A stretch of DNA of 63,015 nucleotides, filler included, from Welwitschia mirabilis (lineage: Eukaryota), in the NCBI GenBank assembly GCA_051453625.1. It is 6 parts of one record of this genome, joined end to end, with 100 filler letters (N's around TTAATTAATTAA, not from the genome) between each part and the next. Parts side by side here need not be neighbours in the genome. Positions count along the whole stretch, not along the records: positions 46,830 to 60,991 come from JBOZIK010000001.1; positions 61,092 to 63,015 come from JBOZIK010000001.1; 4 more parts are not named here. One strand, written 5' to 3'. The notes under the pieces are model-generated. The model ran no database searches, had not been told where the DNA came from, and saw only the letters and a program-made list of their open reading frames with translations. Below are positions 54,513 to 63,015 of the stretch, one piece after another. The position numbers and the translations under genes are program-made. Numbering within the stretch: the first letter of the stretch is position 1; each line of letters begins with the position of its first letter.

Positions 54513-57500
54513 TGATAAAATTGAAAACCCTAGAGGGAGGGTGAATATGTTATTTAAAAACTTAAGCTTAAAGACAAATTAAAAATATGTAATCACAAAT
54601 TGTAGGTAAAAAAATAATGAAATCAAGAATTTACATACAAAAAACAAAAAATAGAATGTAAAACATAAAATAAAAATTATTGATTTAGAAGCATGCAAGA
54701 TTTATAATGGTTCAAGAACTTCTCTACTCCACTCTTGATGATCAGCTTCTCTGAAGCTTGATCTTGGATCTTTGTTACTTCACAGGTTTTGCTAGGTTCA
54801 CCTTTTAATCCTTACAAGTGGACTTTTATAGGTTAAGTCTCAACCTTAACNNNNNNNNNNNNNNNNNNNNNNNNNNNNNNNNNNNNNNNNNNNNNNNNNN
54901 NNNNNNNNNNNNNNNNNNNNNNNNNNNNNNNNNNNNNNNNNNNNNNNNNNNNNNNNNNNNNNNNNNNNNNNNNNNNNNNNNNNNNNNNNNNNNNNNNNNN
55001 NNNNNNNNNNNNNNNNNNNNNNNNNNNNNNNNNNNNNNNNNNNNNNNNNNNNNNNNNNNNNNNNNNNNNNNNNNNNNNNNNNNNNNNNNNNNNNNNNNNN
55101 NNNNNNNNNNNNNNNNNNNNNNNNNNNNNNNNNNNNNNNNNNNNNNNNNNNNNNNNNNNNNNNNNNNNNNNNNNNNNNNNNNNNNNNNNNNNNNNNNNNN
55201 NNNNNNNNNNNNNNNNNNNNNNNNNNNNNNNNNNNNNNNNNNNNNNNNNNNNNNNNNNNNNNNNNNNNNNNNNNNNNNNNNNNNNNNNNNNNNNNNNNNN
55301 NNNNNNNNNNNNNNNNNNNNNNNNNNNNNNNNNNNNNNNNNNNNNNNNNNNNNNNNNNNNNNNNNNNNNNNNNNNNNNNNNNNNNNNNNNNNNNNNNNNN
55401 NNNNNNNNNNNNNNNNNNNNNNNNNNNNNNNNNNNNNNNNNNNNNNNNNNNNNNNNNNNNNNNNNNNNNNNNNNNNNNNNNNNNNNNNNNNNNNNNNNNN
55501 NNNNNNNNNNNNNNNNNNNNNNNNNNNNNNNNNNNNNNNNNNNNNNNNNNNNNNNNNNNNNNNNNNNNNNNNNNNNNNNNNNNNNNNNNNNNNNNNNNNN
55601 NNNNNNNNNNNNNNNNNNNNNNNNNNNNNNNNNNNNNNNNNNNNNNNNNNNNNNNNNNNNNNNNNNNNNNNNNNNNNNNNNNNNNNNNNNNNNNNNNNNN
55701 NNNNNNNNNNNNNNNNNNNNNNNNNNNNNNNNNNNNNNNNNNNNNNNNNNNNNNNNNNNNNNNNNNNNNNNNNNNNNNNNNNNNNNATATACATATGTAA
55801 GAAAAAAGTAAGATAGGTAATCATTTCTCCCCTTTTAACTAAATAGCACAAAATATTCAAAAACTACAATAAAAAGAGCATATTAAAATCACTACATCTT
55901 CTCTCCCTCTTTGACATCAATGGAAAATAAATATAAAAGTTAGTTATATGCCCAGAAATATCAAGTATATTTGCTCCCCTTATCTTGATATCAAATGATA
56001 CATAATAAAAATCTAAAACTTTGATACACCCTTAGAGCACTATAAATACAAATTGTGAAAGGACAGTACTAACAAATAATTTAAGATGAGATTAGAAGTA
56101 CTTATAACATCCAATTACACATAATTAAATTATACACTTTGTGAACACAGTACAATATCAAATGAAAGATTAAAAACTACTTAATAATTTGATTTTCATA
56201 GATAAATTTTAATTCATTCTAAATTGAAATAGTAATTTTAATTATTTTTCAAACATATCAAACCAAACTAATGCAATGATTGAGTAAAAGGAAATAGTTT
56301 CATTTTATTTTGAATTCAACAAAGTATGTCACATGAGATAATTATTTTTAGATGCAGAAGTGTTCATACATGGATAACACAAAAATAATTTTATCAGAGA
56401 AAGAAAAATTCACAGTAAACATGAAAAGAATAAATTAGATGACAAACAAATTACAAATGGATTTTTTCTATTGCTACTACTGCTACAGAACTTTTTAATA
56501 AACTGAGTGATCAAGTATTAAACCAATCGACCAAGCTATATTGGTTGACCGTATATGATGTTCAGTCGACCACCCTACACTTAATGATAGGATGAAGAAA
56601 GAACCCTTAGTTTGTATTTGAGATGAATAAAGATATCAAAATTTAGGGGTTTAGTAAAAAAATCTGCTAATTCTTATTCTGTAGAAATAAAGTTCATTGA
56701 TATATGACCTTTTTTTACAAATCATGAGGAAAATGGTGTCTACGTTTGATATGCTTCATTCTTGAATGTTGTACTGGATTCTTAAAAATATTAATAGCAC
56801 TAGTATTATCACGAAAAATACAAACTTGTTCAAAAAACATTCCAAAATCTCTTAACATTTCTTTCATCCATAAGAGGTAAATGCAACAACTTCCTGTAGC
56901 AATATATTCAACTTCTACAGTGAAAANNNNNNNNNNNNNNNNNNNNNNNNNNNNNNNNNNNNNNNNNNNNNNNNNNNNNNNNNNNNNNNNNNNNNNNNNN
57001 NNNNNNNNNNNNNNNNNNNNNNNNNNTAGAATGTTGTACTAGATTCTTAGAAATATTAATAGTGCTAGTATTATCACAAAAAATAAGAACTTGTTTAAAA
57101 AATATTTCAAAATCTCTTAACATTTCTTTCATCCATAAGAGATAAGTGCAACAACTTCCTATAGTAATATATTCAGCTTCTACAATGGAAAGAAAAATAG
57201 AATTTTGTTTCTTGCTTGCCCAACCAACTGGACATGAACCTAGAAGCAAATAATTTCCACTTGTACTTTTTTTAGCATCTTTGCATCCTACCCAATCAGT
57301 ATTACTAAAACTTATAAGATTGAAAGATGTTTCATTTGGATACCATAAACCATAATCGCATGTTCCTTTTATGTATTTTATTATCCTTTGTGCTACTTGA
57401 AGATGTGATTCTTTTGGATTTGATTGATATCTAACACACACTCCAACATTAAACATGATATCTGGTCTACTTGCGGTTAAATATAATAGACTACCAATCA

Positions 57501-60500
57501 TACTTTTGTAAAGTTTTTAATCCATTGCTTTACCATTTTCATCCAGTCTTACTTTACATGATGTAGACATAAGAGTATCAACTATTTTTGCATTTTATAA
57601 TCCAAATTGTTTGATCAAATTTATTGCATATTTGGATTGAGAAATAAATATCCCATCATCATTTTTTTTTATTTGAAGTTTAAAAAACATTTTAACTTAA
57701 CCAAACATACTCATTTCAAATTGATTTATCATAATTTTTGCAAATTCTTTTGATAGATTTTCATTTGAGGCACCAAAAATAATATCATCCACATAAATTT
57801 GTATACTAATAAAATCATCTTCCATCTTCTTTACAAATAAAGGTTTATCTACCATTCCATGATCATATCCATTTTTGTTTCAAAGATAGCTAACTTTTCA
57901 TACTATGCTCTTAGTGCTTGTTTTAATCCATATAGTGCTTTCTTAAGTATGTACACATGATCACATCCATATGGATTAATAAAACCTTTAGGTTGTTCAA
58001 CATAGACTTCTTCATTTAATAAACCATTTAAAAAGGCATTTTTTACATCCATTTGATGCACCTTGAAGTTTTTAAAAGATACAAAAGATAAGAACATTCT
58101 AATGCTATCTAATCCTACAACTGAAGCAAAAGTATCTCCTACATTAATTTCTTCTATTTTATTAAAACCTTGAGCTAAAAGTCTTGCTTTTTTTTTGATA
58201 ACATTATTTTCTTCATCACATTTATTCTTAAAGATCCATTTTATTCCAATAACATTCTTATCTTTTGGTCTTTGTACCAGTTTCCAAACATTATTTTTTT
58301 AAACTATTGTAGCTTATCTTGCATTGCTAGCATCCACTCTTCATGATTTTCACCTTCTTCAAAGTTCTTGGGTTATATTTTTAAAACATAGCATACATGA
58401 GCACATAAATCTTTCATTGAACCTCTTCTTTTTAATCTTGAGTCAACTTCTCCAATGATAGATTTTAAAGGATGATCTTTTAAAAGTTTATGCTTTTTTC
58501 GTATTCCTTCTTTTACTTAAGCTTCATTTTTTTTGGTAACACCTTCATTTGGAGTGGGAATATTTGGTTTTATGATTTTTTTTTCCTCTGAGTTACTTAC
58601 TTTTAGATCAATCTCATCAATTTGCACATTTATTTACTCTTGTACAGTTAAACTTCTTTTATTAAACACACGATAGTCTCTCCTTCTTATTGAGTATCCT
58701 AAAAAGATAGCTTCATTATCTTTTGATTCAAATTTAGTCAAATGTTCCCTATTTTTTAGGACATAAAATTTACTTCAAAACACCTTAAAATATGATACAT
58801 TTGGTTGTCTTTCATTCCATGGCTCATAAGGTATTTTATTAGTTTCTGGTTTAAGATGAATTTTGTTAATAATATAACATGTTTTGCTAATGACTTCATC
58901 CCAAAAATATTTAGGTACTTCTTTATCATTTAGCATAGTTCAGGCCATTTCTTGAAGAACTTTATTCTTTCTTTCAACTATACCATTTTCCTGTGGTATC
59001 TTTGAAACTGAAAATTGATGATCAATACCATTTTCAATGCAATACTTTTTAAAAAAATGGTTTGCAAACTCTCCACCATGGTTACTTCTTATATTCTTTA
59101 TGGTGTAATCCTTTTCATTTTGGATCTTATTGCAAATCTCAACCCAATGCTTGTAAACTTTAGATTTGTTAGACAAAAAGGCAATCCAAGTATATCTAGA
59201 GTAGTCATCAATCATTGTAAGAAAATAAGGCTTTCCACCTAGACTATGGGTTTGAGCAGGTCCAACTAAATCCGCATGGATGAGTTCTAATGGCATTGAA
59301 GTAGAAACATGGGTTTTACTCCTATGAGAGTTCTAATTTATTTCCCCTTTTGACACACATCACACAACCCTTTTTTGATCATAATTAATATGTCCTAAAT
59401 GTTTATACCACAATTGATCTTGAGGAACATTTAAAAAATAACACAGAGAACATGATTGATCTATGCTATATACATTATCTATTTAGCTAGCTCCAAGTAT
59501 TACATCATTCAATTTTTCATGCAGAATTTCACATTTCAATTTATTAAAGACTACTTTATAACCTTTATCATAAATTTGACTAATGCTTAATAAATTATTC
59601 TTCAAACCACTTACATATAAAACCTCATTAATTCTAGCAAATTTACCTGCACCAATGCTTCCAATGCCTTCTATTTTTTCTCTTACATTATCTCTGAAAG
59701 TTACTTCTCCTCCATCAAAGTGGCTATGTTTGAATCTTAATTTTTCTCTTGTCATGTGCCTCGAACATCCACTATAAAGATACCAACTTGGCTATTTGAG
59801 ACTTTGAAGGCTGTCTGGATTAACAAGCTTTTAAGATCATTAGTTTTTATCCACATAGTCCTTTTAGACTTATGTGGTAGAATTTTCTTAGAAATAAATC
59901 TAAATGAAAAATAACTACCAAAATTTGAAAACAATATTAACTTTCTAGTATTGGACATAAATTTTAAATGACCTAATTTTCACAAAAATGATAAGTAAGT
60001 TTCAAAACGAAATTACTATAATTGGTTATCTGAGTTTTCTATGCTTGAGGTTTCTTTCAAATGAATCCAATACCTGATTTGTTTCCAACTAATTTATGAA
60101 CTCCAAGCATTTGTTCTAATCTGGCAGATCCACCTGAAAACTTATTAACAAAATATGATAAATATTTTACTTACAAATAAGATCAGTGTTTTTGGATTTT
60201 ACTTTTTTAAAGCTTGATTCCAACTCATCTTTTTCTTTGGTAAGGGATTTTATAANNNNNNNNNNTATAACCTTATTTAGGACATTAATCCTTCTAGCTA
60301 ATTTTTCACATTCTTGATATAGCTCTTGATAAGTATCTTCCAAATTAACTTCATCTTTATCATTTACTAAGGAATCTAAAACATCCTATAGAGTTGGCAC
60401 AAAGGCCATAAAGGAGAGTCTCCTTTTTCTATCATGCTCTTGAGCATTTCTTTTATATCCTTCATCTGATCCTTTTGGTCTTTTCTTTCTGCAATCTGTT

Positions 60501-60991
60501 TAAACATATATCCAAATACTATCTAGAGAAAATAGATAAAGACATAGGTATTTAGAGAGGTCATGCTAAAAAATGCATTAAAGAGATTATCCATTGAAGA
60601 GTTCTTAGCCAGATCTATTAAGATCTCTTAAAGAATAACCTATTTTATAATGCCACATGATAGGATCGAGAACCCTGGGGGAAGGGGGTGAATAGGTTCT
60701 TTCAAAAACTTAAGCTTAAAGACAAATTAAAAATATCTAATCAAATATTATATGTAAACAAATAATGAAATCATGAATGTACATAAAAGAAATAAAAGAT
60801 AGAATGTAAAACATAAAATAGAAACTACTGATTTAGAAGCATGAAGGATTTATAGTGGTCCAAGAACTCCCCTACTTCACTCTTGATGATCAGCTTCTTC
60901 CAAGCTTGATCTTGGATCTTTATTACTTCATAGATTTTGCCAGGTTCACATGTTAACCCTTACAAGTGGACTTTTATAGGCTAATTCTCAA
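54513..60991 (-). mobile_element. SIRE-4: Gag-truncated, PR-IN-RT-RH, no env-like ORF; apparently nested in the SIRE-3 LTR
   Basis: 5' LTR edge at 60658. ORFs 59483-59755 (PR), 58940-59296 (IN core), 57903-58097 (RT QMDVKNAFLNG) and 56908-57501 (RT/RH); YVDDIIFG at ~57775-57798. PPT-like tracts 55825-55980. 3' LTR end at 54513. Confidence 0.9.
56640..60409 (-). pseudogene. Degenerate copia polyprotein (Gag C-terminal coiled coil, PR, IN, RT, RNase H) of SIRE-4
   Basis: Copia domain order from the ORF track; ends near ADFFTKPL. Confidence 0.9.
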
Positions 60992-61035
60992 NNNNNNNNN
61001 NNNNNNNNNNNNNNNNNNNNNNNNNNNNNNNNNNN

Positions 61036-61047
61036 TTAATTAATTAA
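61036..61047. other. Artificial assembly linker TTAATTAATTAA
   Basis: N44-linker-N44. Confidence 0.97.
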
Positions 61048-62546
61048 NNNNNNNNNNNNNNNNNNNNNNNNNNNNNNNNNNNNNNNNNNNNTCTCACATA
61101 AAAATAACAGTTGACATAATGACTATTCATGAGTTTCAAGTAATTAACACCAATAGCCCAATGAGATACAATAATCAGGAGATTTTTCTACCATTATAGA
61201 TCCAATGATCCATCATGATCTCATGTCATCTCAGCAATTAAACTCCATATTTGTCACCTGTCACAAAAAGATTTGGGATGAGAACTGTGAAAATCTCACA
61301 GCTCCCAGTATGGCCCAGGCAAGAATAGGTGTTTTGACAAGNNNNNNNNNNNNNNNNNNNNNNNNNNNNNNNNNNNNNNNNNNNNNNNNNNNNNNNNNNN
61401 NNNNNNNNNNNNNNNNNNNNNNNNNNNNNNNNNNNNNNNNNNNNNNNNNNNNNNNNNNNNNNNNNNNNNNNNNNNNNNNNNNNNNNNNNNNNNNNNNNNN
61501 NNNNNNNNNNNNNNNNNNNNNNNNNNNNNNNNNNNNNNNNNNNNNNNNNNNNNNNNNNNNNNNNNNNNNNNNNNNNNNNNNNNNNNNNNNNNNNNNNNNN
61601 NNNNNNNNNNNNNNNNNNNNNNNNNNNNNNNNNNNNNNNNNNNNNNNNNNNNNNNNNNNNNNNNNNNNNNNNNNNNNNNNNNNNNNNNNNNNNNNNNNNN
61701 NNNNNNNNNNNNNNNNNNNNNNNNNNNNNNNNNNNNNNNNNNNNNNNNNNNNNNNNNNNNNNNNNNNNNNNNNNNNNNNNNNNNNNNNNNNNNNNNNNNN
61801 NNNNNNNNNNNNNNNNNNNNNNNNNNNNNNNNNNNNNNNNNNNNNNNNNNNNNNNNNNNNNNNNNNNNNNNNNNNNNNNNNNNNNNNNNNNNNNNNNNNN
61901 NNNNNNNNNNNNNNNNNNNNNNNNNNNNNNNNNNNNNNNNNNNNNNNNNNNNNNNNNNNNNNNNNNNNNNNNNNNNNNNNNNNNNNNNNNNNNNNNNNNN
62001 NNNNNNNNNNNNNNNNNNNNNNNNNNNNNNNNNNNNNNNNNNNNNNNNNNNNNNNNNNNNNNNNNNNNNNNNNNNNNNNNNNNNNNNNNNNNNNNNNNNN
62101 NNNNNNNNNNNNNNNNNNNNNNNNNNNNNNNNNNNNNNNNNNNNNNNNNNNNNNNNNNNNNNNNNNNNNNNNNNNNNNNNNNNNNNNNNNNNNNNNNNNN
62201 NNNNNNNNNNNNNNNNNNNNNNNNNNNNNNNNNNNNNNNNNNNNNNNNACCACCTCATTCAGCGATCTGTGAAGTCCACTGCCTCATTCGACGATCTGTG
62301 GAAAATTCATAACCATAAGTTTAACAAGATAATATTACAAATATAAGAGAAGATTAATCATGACATAACACCTCGACAGGTCTTCAAAAGAAATTACAAG
62401 ATGAGTATGATGGATTTAACTATGAGTTTACATTTCAAGTAAGAAGATAATTTCAAGATATCGAGGAATGTTACATGAAGATAAAATATGTTTAACTCAG
62501 GGTTTTTCTTATTTAAGCAATGTAACTGACTTGTAAGAATTTCTTA

Positions 62547-63015
62547 TGTAACGATCCCAACATCAAGAATATTAAAGCATACACAACATGATGATTTTAA
62601 TGCATATTGTATAAGGAAAAATCAACAAAGAAGCATCAATGTAAAGAACAACACCATAGCAACGACAATCTTAAGTCAAAGTACATTAAAAAGAACCAAA
62701 AAGGAAGCACAAGGATTAGGAACCATACATATACATAATGATTTCGATACTGAATGCATAAGAAAGGACCAACAAGAAAGCACAAGGTTTAGGAACCATA
62801 CCTATTTCTCAAGAAGAACTCAAGATCTTTGCTAGTCTTTAAGGCTCTTTCTGACTCCAAGGCTCGGTAGAAAAAGGTTCTCCACAAAATGAAAGTCAGG
62901 AAAAAGGAGGATGAGAGTCCTATTTATAATTGAGATGTGGTGGAATGTGAAGAGTCACAAGAATATGGAAACAAACGAAATTTAGCAAATATTCCTTGCA
63001 TATGAAGACAAATAT
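62547..63015 (-). repeat. Probable LTR of an unidentified retrotransposon (3' end), running off the window
   Basis: Minus-strand end GGGATCGTTACA, TATA-like TTATAAATAGG at ~62920-62930, and an internal ~34-bp direct repeat (62695, 62768). Confidence 0.4.

Noticed and set aside
56762-57190. Duplicated RNase H segment in SIRE-4
   Set aside because: It flanks a 100-N gap and the two copies are visibly diverged. Probably two paralogs joined, so SIRE-4 may be an assembly chimera.
60485-60510. TTTAAAC as a -1 frameshift site from the short ORF into pol
   Set aside because: The heptamer is in the wrong phase relative to the short ORF and would not lead into the pol frame.
23438-61047. Repeated palindrome TTAATTAATTAA
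   Set aside because: Always centred in a 100-nt N spacer; it is an assembly linker.
23677-62272. Long ORFs full of X in the ORF track
   Set aside because: Artifacts of reading through N gaps.

Overview
AT-rich, CpG-depleted plant heterochromatin-type sequence. It consists almost entirely of nested, degenerate LTR retrotransposons, and I found no intact host gene or RNA gene. Contents: (1) several Athila-like Ty3/gypsy copies with ~1.1-1.2 kb LTRs (mostly TGTTGC...GCAACA ends) and tRNA-Asp-type PBS; (2) five Sirevirus-like Ty1/copia copies; (3) a Tekay-like chromovirus pol remnant; (4) a ~40-unit, 91-bp two-variant tandem array that is split in register by a three-LTR Athila insertion with a GTCAT target-site duplication. 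The most interesting signal is in one SIRE LTR family, which occurs in two reciprocal forms. One form has Gag, protease and an env-like ORF but no IN/RT/RH. The other has PR-IN-RT-RH but no Gag capsid, no canonical Gag zinc knuckle and no env-like ORF, and carries a short hydrophobic ORF in place of the Gag N-terminus. This suggests a possible bipartite, mutually complementing retrotransposon, which is inference. Five artificial N44-TTAATTAATTAA-N44 linkers and many gaps limit long-range conclusions. All alignments and translations were done by eye, so most boundaries are approximate.
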